From Nitrososphaerota archaeon (GTDB lineage Archaea > Thermoproteota > Nitrososphaeria_A > Caldarchaeales > Calditenuaceae): DNA of 64,000 nucleotides. Location of the stretch: assembly GCA_041641295.1 (NCBI GenBank), contig JBEPYO010000001.1, forward strand, positions 1,241,006 to 1,305,005. The letters are read 5' to 3'. Made by a program: the position numbers and the translations under genes. The notes under the pieces are model-generated. The model was given only the letters and a program-made list of their open reading frames with translations. It searched no databases and was not told the DNA's origin. Positions 9,102 to 17,153 of this stretch are shown one piece after another (position 1 is the stretch's first letter; the number at the start of each line of letters is the position of its first letter).

Positions 9102-9374
9102 ATGTCTGGAGGGCTTGTTGTTAGGCTCTTATTCAAAGGGTTGGGGAACGCGATTTCTGCTGCGCGGCTAGTCGGAGAGTTGGAGGGCGTGGAGGTTAGA
9201 GCTATATACATCGGGCGTGAAAGTGTTGAAGAAATGTACGAGGTGGTGTTAGAATTGTCAGCGAGCTCGCAAGTGGTCAACGAATTCTTAAGAACCGTGT
9301 CATCGAGTAACGGCTTCATAGAGGCTTGTGTTGAGGACTTGGACGCCCGGATCATATGGGAGGGGATCAGGTGA
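9102..9374 (+). CDS. second ACT-like small protein (IlvN/IlvH-like, copy 2)
   Basis: 90 aa: GLVVRLLFKGLGNAISAARLVGELEGVEVRAIYIGRESVEEMYEVVLELSASSQVVNEFLRTV. It has the same ACT-like periodicity as copy 1. It lies 8 nt after copy 1 and ends 6 nt before ilvC. Confidence 0.45.
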   Translation: MSGGLVVRLLFKGLGNAISAARLVGELEGVEVRAIYIGRESVEEMYEVVLELSASSQVVNEFLRTVSSSNGFIEACVEDLDARIIWEGIR

Positions 9375-9380
9375 AGAGTC

Positions 9381-10361
9381 ATGGCTAGGGTCTACTACGA
9401 CTCCGACGCCTCTCTCAACCCTCTCAGTGGAAAGCGGGTTGCAGTGATCGGTTATGGAAGCCAAGGCAGGGCTCAAGCCCTAAACATCAGGGACTCCGGG
9501 ATAGAGACTGTTATCGGACTGAGAGGGGAGGGCAAGTCGTATGAGGCGGCGGTCAAGGATGGGTTCACTCCTATTCCGATAGAAGAGGCTGTCCGGATAT
9601 CCGATGTTATCTTGATGCTAATCCCCGACGTGCCCATGCCCGAGACATATAAGAATTATGTCGAAAACAGCCTGACACCCGGCAAGACACTTGTCTTCGC
9701 CCACGGATACAATATACACTATAAGAGAATCATTCCTCCGCCCTACGTAAACGTGGTCCTTGTAGCACCTAAGGGCCCCGGCCCGCTCGTGCGGCAGAAA
9801 TACCTCGAGGGGCGCGGAGTCCCCAGCCTCATAGCAGTCCACCAAAACCCCACAGGCAACGCGAAGGAGATCGCCCTAGCGATTGCCAAGGCGATTGGCG
9901 CAACTAGGGCAGGGGTCATAGAAACGACATTCCAGGAGGAGACCGAGACTGACCTTCTCGGGGAGCAGGCAGTTCTGGTCGGCGGAGTCATGGAACTCAT
10001 CAAGAAGGGGTTTGAATTCTTGGTCGAGAACGGATATCAGCCCGAACTCGCCTACTATGAAGTCTGCAACGAGCTAAAACTCATAGTGGACCTGATATAC
10101 TCGGGAGGTCTGATGCACATGCTCCGCTCCGTCTCCGACACTGCCAAGTTTGGCGGCCTAACAATCGGCCCCCAGATAATCGACGAGACCGTGAAACAGA
10201 AGATGCAGGAGGCTTTGAGGAGGATAAAGTCTGGCGAGTTCGAGAAGATGTGGACCGGAAACCCCAACGCATACAAGATCCTGGAAGAATTGATGAGGAA
10301 GACGGAGCAGCACCCGCTCGAGGTCGTGGGAAAGAGACTCAGGGAAATGGCACTAATATAG
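9381..10361 (+). CDS. ilvC: ketol-acid reductoisomerase
   Basis: 326 aa with GYGSQGRAQALNIRDSG Rossmann motif, short class I KARI, and SD AGGTGA at 9368-9373. Confidence 0.95.
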   Translation: MARVYYDSDASLNPLSGKRVAVIGYGSQGRAQALNIRDSGIETVIGLRGEGKSYEAAVKDGFTPIPIEEAVRISDVILMLIPDVPMPETYKNYVENSLTPGKTLVFAHGYNIHYKRIIPPPYVNVVLVAPKGPGPLVRQKYLEGRGVPSLIAVHQNPTGNAKEIALAIAKAIGATRAGVIETTFQEETETDLLGEQAVLVGGVMELIKKGFEFLVENGYQPELAYYEVCNELKLIVDLIYSGGLMHMLRSVSDTAKFGGLTIGPQIIDETVKQKMQEALRRIKSGEFEKMWTGNPNAYKILEELMRKTEQHPLEVVGKRLREMALI

Positions 10362-10464
10362 CAACTACACAAGTGCATCGCAGTGTTAAGAAGCGCCGCC
10401 AATTCAACCCTCCCAGCATTTCTGCGACATCGTTTGAAGTGAAGGTGTTTGGTCCGAAGATCCT

Positions 10465-10485
10465 GTATAGTCTAGCGTATAGTCT
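10465..10485. repeat. direct repeat GTATAGTCT-AGC-GTATAGTCT in a convergent spacer
   Basis: Read directly: the 9-mer occurs at 10465-10473 and 10477-10485. CCTGTATAG also recurs at 10462 and 10535. Hairpins lie at 10487-10499 and 10516-10534. Confidence 0.4.
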
Positions 10486-10547
10486 TCCGAGTTTCTCGGG
10501 AGCCGCTCGGTCACTCGTTACAAATATTGTGACGCCTGTATAGGGAT

Positions 10548-10754
10548 CTATTCTAGGACCTTCTCCACTCTGCCCAGAATCTTTGCCTTACCACCTGTAG
10601 GCAGGGCTAATGGCTCCCCACACACGTTGCAGACAACCCTGATCTTTGCCGTATCGGGGAAGATCTGCTTGTTGCCGCACTGGAGGCATGTGACTAGGAG
10701 GAAGCGGCTCCTAGGCCTCGGGATTAGGCGCTCAATGATCTGCTCTCTCGACAA
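10548..10754 (-). CDS. rps27e: 30S ribosomal protein S27e (eS27)
   Basis: 68 aa with zinc ribbon CLQCGNKQ...CNVCGEP and a typical S27e sequence. Confidence 0.95.
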   Translation of the reverse strand: MSREQIIERLIPRPRSRFLLVTCLQCGNKQIFPDTAKIRVVCNVCGEPLALPTGGKAKILGRVEKVLE

Positions 10755-10764
10755 GCCTGATCAG

Positions 10765-11043
10765 TCACCTCACTATCTCGAGTTTTCTCAGCCTTACTCC
10801 TTCCCTCATAGACTTTCTACCACACTTGGAGCACGTCAAGACTAGGGTCTTCTTATCCGTCGTCTTGGCCTTATTCCTCTGAATCGGATACTTCTGGCCA
10901 CCATATCCTCTCAGCTCCCTCTCATGCCTCCTCGCACCTATGGCTAGGCCCCTCTCCTTACCCTTCTTATAGAGGGCTACTTGGTGCTCGGTATGCTGGT
11001 TGCATTTGGGGCAGTAGCTGTTAAGCTTCGGCGGAACCTTCAT
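10765..11043 (-). CDS. rpl44e: 50S ribosomal protein L44e (eL42)
   Basis: 92 aa with YCPKCNQHTEH...CSKCGRK. The L44e-S27e pair is conserved in archaea. Confidence 0.95.
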   Translation of the reverse strand: MKVPPKLNSYCPKCNQHTEHQVALYKKGKERGLAIGARRHERELRGYGGQKYPIQRNKAKTTDKKTLVLTCSKCGRKSMREGVRLRKLEIVR

Positions 11044-11199
11044 GCTAAAAGAGATGTGGAGGGGGCTGGTTTTTTAATATTATGCGGGTGGAGCGACGGG
11101 GGTCTGGTTTTCCCCCGATCAAGGTTCTACGGATTGTTTCTACTACACGTTTTAACGCTTTTAAGTACGGTGGGGTTCTAGGCATGTAGTGGCGGCTGG

Positions 11200-12303
11200 T
11201 TGAGGAGGGTCGGGAGGACGGAGCTGCTGCTGGTTGAGGGCGGCGTCCCCCACTACCGGGAGATGGTAGTGCTGGGGAGGGAGATCTCCCGGCTCATCGT
11301 GGAGGAGTATGGCCCAGATTTCTTGGTGGAGAGGCTCTCAGACCCTTTTTGGCTCAGCTGCCTCTCCTGCGTCCTCGGCTTCGAATGGAATACGTCTGGC
11401 CAGACTACCGTCACACTCAGGGCTTTAAAGGATGCCCTCAGAGAAGGTGAGCTGGGGGTCGTCGTGGTTGGCGGTAAAGGTGGGGCGATGAGGGAGACGC
11501 CCCACGAGCTTAGTGAATACCTGAAGCGAATTGGGAGAGAGGATCTTGTCCCCCAGCTGGTGAAGGCGTCGATGATGAGCTGTAAAGTCGACAACAACGC
11601 TATCCAAGACACCTACAATATTTATTTCCACTCTATAGCGGTCTCGGACTCCGGCTCCTCAGCCATAATCAATCAAGGAATGAACATTGAAGCACAGACG
11701 GCTAGGAGGTATCAGTGGCTAGGCTCGAGCATTAGGGTCGAGGAGCCCCACACCTCCATTTCCTCCGAAGTGGTGGAAGAGGTTGTCCTAGACCTGACAA
11801 GTAGGGAGTCGAGAGAGTGTAGGGATTGTATCCTCGACGTTTTGAGGGACTCCCCAATCGGGACGATACAATCAGACTTCGCAAGGGTGAGGAGCATCCT
11901 AGCCGGGCAGGCTACGCTTGATGAGCGGCCTTCTAGTGATGCTTGGTCTAAGAACGCCCACTTAAAGCCTCCCAAAAAGCTGGACGAAGCAATCCTGCGT
12001 AAGGCTAAAGAGAATGCTGAAAGCTTCGAATCTCTCCTACTCTGCGAAGGGGTAGGACCGGCGACGCTCCGAGGGTTAGCCTATATCTCGGAGCTGGTTT
12101 ATGGTGCTCGGGCTTCTTGGAAAGACCCTGCAAGATATGCCTACGCCTTCGGGACTAAATCGGGCCGACCATACCCCGTTGATAAACGCGCCATGGTCAA
12201 GGCGGCAGAGACCATAAGACAGGCCCTAGAATCCAAGGACTCAAGCGCCTCGCGGATCATGTTAAGGCGGCTCGGCACACTGCTTGGTAGATTGGAGGTG
12301 TAG
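11200..12303 (+). CDS. DUF763-family protein with C-terminal helix-hairpin-helix
   Basis: 367 aa. EEYGPDFLVERLSDPFWLSCLSCVLGFEWNTSGQTT, GGKGGAMRETP and GTKSGRPYPVDKRAM recall Pfam DUF763 from memory. GVGPATLRGLAYISELVYG is HhH-like. TTG start. Confidence 0.6.
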   Translation: MRRVGRTELLLVEGGVPHYREMVVLGREISRLIVEEYGPDFLVERLSDPFWLSCLSCVLGFEWNTSGQTTVTLRALKDALREGELGVVVVGGKGGAMRETPHELSEYLKRIGREDLVPQLVKASMMSCKVDNNAIQDTYNIYFHSIAVSDSGSSAIINQGMNIEAQTARRYQWLGSSIRVEEPHTSISSEVVEEVVLDLTSRESRECRDCILDVLRDSPIGTIQSDFARVRSILAGQATLDERPSSDAWSKNAHLKPPKKLDEAILRKAKENAESFESLLLCEGVGPATLRGLAYISELVYGARASWKDPARYAYAFGTKSGRPYPVDKRAMVKAAETIRQALESKDSSASRIMLRRLGTLLGRLEV

Positions 12304-12309
12304 TTTGGA

Positions 12310-12885
12310 TTGTCTGGGAAGACAATATATGATGAGGTTGTTGAGATCTGGAGTCTTGAGAGGACTTCGAAGAGTCTGGTCAAGATCTCTGAGGATTGGA
12401 TAAAGAGGCTTAAAGAGTATGCAGAGGAGCTCAAGGTCCGTCTGAGGCTGGCGGTAGACCGCGATAGCATACATTCAAGACTCTGCGAGAGGGAGTTGGA
12501 AGTGCTCTCAACACTTGTCTCAGATATCTTTAATGTTCGGCTGGAGAAGATCGTGAGGGCCGCCATAAGAGGGGAGGCTGTTGAAAATCTCCTCCCCGCC
12601 GAGAGCAGGCTCTATGAAAGCCTCCTCAAATCCCTAACAGTCTACAGGGAATATATCGAGTACTGTTCCGAGACACTTGACCTCACGAGGGAGCTTACAG
12701 AGGCCGTCGACAAGGTTGTGGTAGAGTTTTTGAAGGATGCGCCAGCAATAGTCGACGCTGATGGGGTTACGAGGGGCCCGTTCCGTGAGGGTTCCATCGC
12801 GTCGCTGGATCACCGAACCGCAGACCTCCTAGAGAGGGGCGGCTATGTTAGACGACTCCCACTCATTAGGGGCGCGTCTCCCTAG
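12310..12885 (+). CDS. GINS complex subunit, Gins51/Gins15-like
   Basis: 191 aa with an alpha-helical A-domain (LPAESRLYESLLKSL) followed by a small beta B-domain (VVVEFLKDAPAIVDADGVTRGPFREGSIASL). That domain order matches GINS51. SD GGAGGTG sits at 12291-12297, 7 nt gap after DUF763. Confidence 0.5.
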   Translation: MSGKTIYDEVVEIWSLERTSKSLVKISEDWIKRLKEYAEELKVRLRLAVDRDSIHSRLCERELEVLSTLVSDIFNVRLEKIVRAAIRGEAVENLLPAESRLYESLLKSLTVYREYIEYCSETLDLTRELTEAVDKVVVEFLKDAPAIVDADGVTRGPFREGSIASLDHRTADLLERGGYVRRLPLIRGASP

Positions 12886-12943
12886 GCATGGGCGGAATCA
12901 CGTATTTGTATTAGGGTCAGTTAGGCATTCTTAGGACCAGGAA

Positions 12944-14035
12944 ATGCAGGGAGACGTGGATCGGGAAGTTCGGCTGATCGAGGAGTTCGGCCTAAGAAGT
13001 ATAACTGGACAGGAGTTAGGGATTGATCACTATTTTGCAAGGAGGGGCATTATCTTCGCGTGCAGAGGATATGAGGAGTTGATGGAGGCGCTCAAGAGCG
13101 GCGACTTCTACACGCTTACTGGGATCATGCCCTCCTCGGAGCGGATACATCTAGGCACAATGGCTGTGGTGGAGGCGGTGAAGTGCTTCTCCGACAGGGC
13201 AAAGCAAACCATCCTGCTGGTCGCAGATCTGGAGTCCCTAGCCACTAGGGAGGTGAGCTTAGAAGAGGCTAGAAGGATAGCCTTTGAATTCCACATACCC
13301 ACCTATTTGGCTTTAGGGATAGATCCCGGGAAGTGCGTCTTCTACTTCCAGTCAGAGAACAAGGACATCCACAAGATAGCTGCCGACGCCTCGAGAGAGA
13401 TTACACTCCAAGAATTCAGGGCCGTTTATGGCGTGCTAGAACCCTCCCGCATAATATCGTCCCTCTACCAGATAGGTGACATCCTATTCCCCCAACTAGT
13501 AAGGCCTATGATAGGCATAATCCCGGTAGGACTGGACCAGGACCCACACATCAGACTCTGCCGAGACTATGTTAGACGCTCAAAGTTCTTCCAGTTTAAG
13601 CAGGCCGTCGGCGTATACATCAGGGATGTTCCCAGCCTGAAGGGTGAGGGGAAAATGAGTAAGAGTGAGCCCCACGCCGCAATCTTCCTCCCAGAAGACG
13701 ACTACAAGGAATTGAAAAGAAAGGTCTACAAGGCCTTCTCAGGCGGAGCCAACACGCTTGAGGAGCAGAGAAAATATGGTGCAGACCTAGAGAAGGACGT
13801 ACCATACAAAATCCTGCAATTCATCCTAAAGGATGACTCTGAACTCCGACGCATAGCTGAGAGCTACTCAACCGGCAAAATGATAAGCGGCGAAATCAAG
13901 GAGTACCTATACGAAAGGCTCGTCGAACTGATGCAGGACCTCAAAGCCAAAATCGAGCAACACAGGGAGACGATTAGACGGAGAGAGATTAGAATAATAA
14001 GCTCGGCTAAAGAGCTTGCGGAATACCTCGCATAG
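12944..14035 (+). CDS. trpS: tryptophan--tRNA ligase (archaeal/eukaryotic type)
   Basis: 363 aa with GIMPSSERIHLGT (HIGH region), VGLDQDPHIRLCRDY, KMSKS and AFSGGANTLEEQRKYGADLEKDV, as in archaeal TrpRS. Confidence 0.8.
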   Translation: MQGDVDREVRLIEEFGLRSITGQELGIDHYFARRGIIFACRGYEELMEALKSGDFYTLTGIMPSSERIHLGTMAVVEAVKCFSDRAKQTILLVADLESLATREVSLEEARRIAFEFHIPTYLALGIDPGKCVFYFQSENKDIHKIAADASREITLQEFRAVYGVLEPSRIISSLYQIGDILFPQLVRPMIGIIPVGLDQDPHIRLCRDYVRRSKFFQFKQAVGVYIRDVPSLKGEGKMSKSEPHAAIFLPEDDYKELKRKVYKAFSGGANTLEEQRKYGADLEKDVPYKILQFILKDDSELRRIAESYSTGKMISGEIKEYLYERLVELMQDLKAKIEQHRETIRRREIRIISSAKELAEYLA

Positions 14036-14066
14036 GCAGGAAGGAATACGTTTTCGGTCAGAAAGC

Positions 14067-14074
14067 CTTTAATT
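14067..14074 (+). promoter_or_regulatory. TATA box of the SRP RNA gene
   Basis: CTTTAATT is centred about 29 nt upstream of the GGGGTGGCGG 5' end of the RNA, preceded by purine-rich GAAAG (BRE-like). Confidence 0.5.
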
Positions 14075-14099
14075 CCCAGCCGGGCAACTATGTTTTTTC

Positions 14100-14422
14100 G
14101 GGGTGGCGGGTAGGGCCGGGGGGCTAGCCCTCCCCTACAACCTGAAACGGGCTTACGCAGGGGCCAGTAACCGGCTGGAAGGGGTGTCCGGTCCTCTGCT
14201 CGGCCTAGACGAGGAGGCATGAAGCCGCGTCCCACCGGAGAACGGTAGGGTGCGGCGCCACGCGTAGGCGTGGCCTCCCACACCCGCATGCACCGAACCG
14301 CGTCAGGCCCGGGAGGGAGCAGCGCTAAGGTGCAGCCGGGCTGCTGGTGGGGGTGCGTGGCTAACTGAATCGTCTAGGAGCGGCAGAGGCATCGGCCCTC
14401 GACCAGCTGGAGCCGCCACCCC
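14100..14422 (+). ncRNA. signal recognition particle 7S RNA
   Basis: The 5' GGGGTGGCGG (14100) pairs with the 3' CCGCCACCCC (14413-14422). It contains the conserved helix-8 motif GTCAGGCCCGGGAGGGAGCAGC and a helix-6-like hairpin CCACGC-GTAG-GCGTGG. Length is about 323 nt, GC-rich, with no credible ORF. Confidence 0.85.
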
Positions 14423-14471
14423 TCTCTAATGTAGAGTTTTAATATCGAGCACACTAATTCGTGGGATAGAC

Positions 14472-14939
14472 ATGTCTAGTGAGGGGGGTGGCTCTTTAGA
14501 GGAGGAGTTGAAGCGGCTTAGGGAGGAGAACCTTTACCTCAAGGCCGAGATCGAGAACCTCAAGAAGCTGATGGCTAAGGAAGTGGAGACCGCCAGCCGC
14601 GCAGTGGCCGAGAGACTCCTATTGAACATGATCCTGATATACGAGGAAGTCGAGAGAGTGTTTACAAGCCTCCTCAACAACTCGGACATGAAACAAGTCG
14701 CGGAGGGAATCGGCATTCTCTTGAAAGAGATAAGGAAGCTATTGGCCGAGCAAGGTGTCAATCCGTTAGAGACTATAGGGAAGAAGTTTGACCCATTCAT
14801 CCACGAGGCGGTCGGCTTCGTCGAGAGAGATGACGTCGAGGACGAAACGATAGTCGCGGAGATTAGCAGGGGGTATGAATATGTGGGTAAGATTCTGAAA
14901 CCCCCCAGAGTAATAGTGGCTAGAAGGAGCCAGTCCTAA
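14472..14939 (+). CDS. grpE: GrpE-like nucleotide exchange factor
   Basis: 155 aa with a long N-terminal helix (LKAEIENLKKLMAKE, compare AEFENxRKR) and a C-terminal beta domain (GKKFDPFIHEAVGFVE...ISRGYEYVGKILKPPRVIVA). TATA GTTTTAATA lies about 30 nt upstream. Confidence 0.8.
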   Translation: MSSEGGGSLEEELKRLREENLYLKAEIENLKKLMAKEVETASRAVAERLLLNMILIYEEVERVFTSLLNNSDMKQVAEGIGILLKEIRKLLAEQGVNPLETIGKKFDPFIHEAVGFVERDDVEDETIVAEISRGYEYVGKILKPPRVIVARRSQS

Positions 14940-14957
14940 TGCCCAGACCATGGGTAT

Positions 14958-15656
14958 ATGCATAGGTTTAATCCGCACCCCCTCTTAACTATGAACGGAG
15001 AGGGAGTGACGCGGGAGAGGTGGCTCGCGGAGAGGCGTGCCGATCCTTGGATCAGGATGGCTAAGAAGGAGGGATACCCCTCTAGGGCGGCATATAAGCT
15101 CAAACACATCCAGAGACTATACTCAATCATAAGCCCTGGAGATGTTGTAGTCGAGCTTGGGGCTGCGCCGGGCGGCATGTTGAAGGTAGCTTCCGAGCTT
15201 GTGGGTGAGGATGGGCTGGCTGTGGGTGTTGACATTAAGCCGATACACTGCACTGGCGATAACATCCGGCATCTGAGAATCGACATCTACGATCCTTCAG
15301 CGCCGAAGGAGATATTGAAACTTTTAGGGCATGTTGGATGTGATGTGCTTATCTCCGACGCCTCCCCAAACCTGATTGGTATCGCCGAGATAGATACGAT
15401 GAGGCAGCTTGACCTAGTTATAAGGTGCTGCGAGATTGCAGACGAGGTCCTGAAAGATAATGGAAACATCATGCTCAAGGCCTTCGAGTGTCCAGAACTT
15501 ACGCGGGTCGACAGAGTTCTCCGCAGCTGCTTTAACAACTACAAGAGAGTTACGACGCCGCCAAGTCTGAGAAAGCACAGCTCGGAGGTCTATCTAGTCG
15601 GCATCGGTAGATGGAGGGCACCCATTGCTCCGCTGTTAAAGACAGCTCTTGGTTAA
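14958..15656 (+). CDS. rlmE: 23S rRNA 2'-O-ribose methyltransferase RlmE (FtsJ/RrmJ)
   Basis: 232 aa with SRAAYKL, SAM motif VVELGAAPGGM, DVLISDASPN and MLKAFE. An alternative start is ATG 14991. Confidence 0.9.
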   Translation: MHRFNPHPLLTMNGEGVTRERWLAERRADPWIRMAKKEGYPSRAAYKLKHIQRLYSIISPGDVVVELGAAPGGMLKVASELVGEDGLAVGVDIKPIHCTGDNIRHLRIDIYDPSAPKEILKLLGHVGCDVLISDASPNLIGIAEIDTMRQLDLVIRCCEIADEVLKDNGNIMLKAFECPELTRVDRVLRSCFNNYKRVTTPPSLRKHSSEVYLVGIGRWRAPIAPLLKTALG

Positions 15657-15663
15657 ATGTGCC

Positions 15664-17118
15664 TCATTGCGTAAGGGTCAGTAGGTGAACCGAACAAGGC
15701 TCCAGATTCAATATTATCTCTCCATTCCGGCTCTCAATTCTTCCCCCATCTCTCGGAACGACTTTACCTGGCTCGTCGAACGTATTTCTGTCGTCAGGTG
15801 AGGGGCTAGTCAAGTATCGATGCTTCACACGCTTGAAGTCGAAGCCGGCAACGCGGATACTACATTCAACAGTCTCATCCTGCAACCCATTAACCACGTG
15901 CAAATACATTTTATCACTATCAAAGCTGGCCACCGCATCCACTGCTGGGACCTGCTCTTCAGCCTCTTCAGAGTAGAGTGTAGGCCCGACGACACCCGTC
16001 CAAGCAACTTGGCTCCCCGCGTTTGGTGCAAATAGCTCATAGACGTAGAATTGGGGGCTCAGGACCATCCCCCCATCATCCCTAGTCGAGATGAGTGGGA
16101 GGACATTCACGGTCTGCGCAAAGCAAGCTATCGGAACCATCTTAGACATCTTTTGGAGCTTAATCAATACAAGGCCTGTAAACACTGCGTCCCTCATCGA
16201 TGTAAACTGAACATGCATGGGAGGAACCGCCTCTTTATACCATACATTCCACTCATCAAAAGCTAGTCGAATCCTTTTTGGAATGCCAAACTTTCTGCAG
16301 GCAGTCTTTACGCTTTCGTATATTGAGGTTAGGTTACGCTCAATCTGTAGCGGGGCGGCGATAAGGTCTTCATGCTTTTTTGGACAGAAAATGTAGGTGT
16401 GTACCGAGAGATAATCGATGTAGTTGCCAGCGATCTTTATCATGTCTATGTTCCACTCTGGGTCATTATCGACTCCACAGCCCACGATCTCGATGCTTTT
16501 ATCAACCCTTTTCATCAGGTTTACAAACTCTATTGTCCTCCGCGCGCACTCGGCTCCGTCGATGCAGAAGCCGACCTGCCAGCGGCCGTACAGCTCGTTC
16601 CCAACCCCCCAGAGCTTGACGTTGAAGGGTTCAGACCATCCATCCCTCTTCCTCAAGGACGCATAATACGTATCGCCTCTCGAGTTACAGTACTCCACCC
16701 ATGCTGCCGCCTCCTCCGGCGTACCACTGCCAGCGTTGACGACGATAAATGGCTCGGTGCCCACAAGCCTACACCACTCGATAAACTCCACTGTCCCAAA
16801 CTCGTTGGGCTCAACCCACTCCCAAGCCAGCTCAAACTTCCTTGGACGCGAGGCCCTCGGCCCAATCCCATCCATCCAGTGGTAGGCTGACGAGAAGTTT
16901 CCACCAGGCCATCTGGTAACTGGAGGTGCTATTCTTTTCACGGCCTCGAGGACGTCAGACCTGTAACCTCTCAGGTTGGGTATCTGCGAGTTCTCCCCCA
17001 CCCAAATCCCACCGTATATGCAGCGTCCCAGATGCTCAATGAACTGGCCGAAAACCCTCTTGTCGAGAGGTCCAACCACAGAGCTGGCGTCCACCCAGAT
17101 TTTAGCGTGCCGGCTCAC
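15664..17118 (-). CDS. alpha-L-arabinofuranosidase, GH51
   Basis: FGQFIEHLGRCIYGGIW, WPGGNFSSAYHW and GVGNELYG (acid/base Glu) are present. I place the start at in-frame GTG 17118 (VSRHAKIWVD...). The 17283 start in the track would overlap the upstream gene by 130 nt and adds an Arg/His-rich non-homologous extension. Confidence 0.85.
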   Translation of the reverse strand: MSRHAKIWVDASSVVGPLDKRVFGQFIEHLGRCIYGGIWVGENSQIPNLRGYRSDVLEAVKRIAPPVTRWPGGNFSSAYHWMDGIGPRASRPRKFELAWEWVEPNEFGTVEFIEWCRLVGTEPFIVVNAGSGTPEEAAAWVEYCNSRGDTYYASLRKRDGWSEPFNVKLWGVGNELYGRWQVGFCIDGAECARRTIEFVNLMKRVDKSIEIVGCGVDNDPEWNIDMIKIAGNYIDYLSVHTYIFCPKKHEDLIAAPLQIERNLTSIYESVKTACRKFGIPKRIRLAFDEWNVWYKEAVPPMHVQFTSMRDAVFTGLVLIKLQKMSKMVPIACFAQTVNVLPLISTRDDGGMVLSPQFYVYELFAPNAGSQVAWTGVVGPTLYSEEAEEQVPAVDAVASFDSDKMYLHVVNGLQDETVECSIRVAGFDFKRVKHRYLTSPSPDDRNTFDEPGKVVPRDGGRIESRNGEIILNLEPCSVHLLTLTQ

Positions 17119-17153
17119 GTTTAGGCGGCAGTCACACCCCGATATATCCTTAA

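Noticed and set aside
13864-14289. 141-aa ORF overlapping the trpS end and the spacer
   Set aside because: It is Arg/Pro/Gly-rich and runs antisense through the GC-rich SRP RNA. The RNA gene explains the region.
16372-16890. 172-aa and related plus-strand ORFs
   Set aside because: They are antisense to the GH51 gene.
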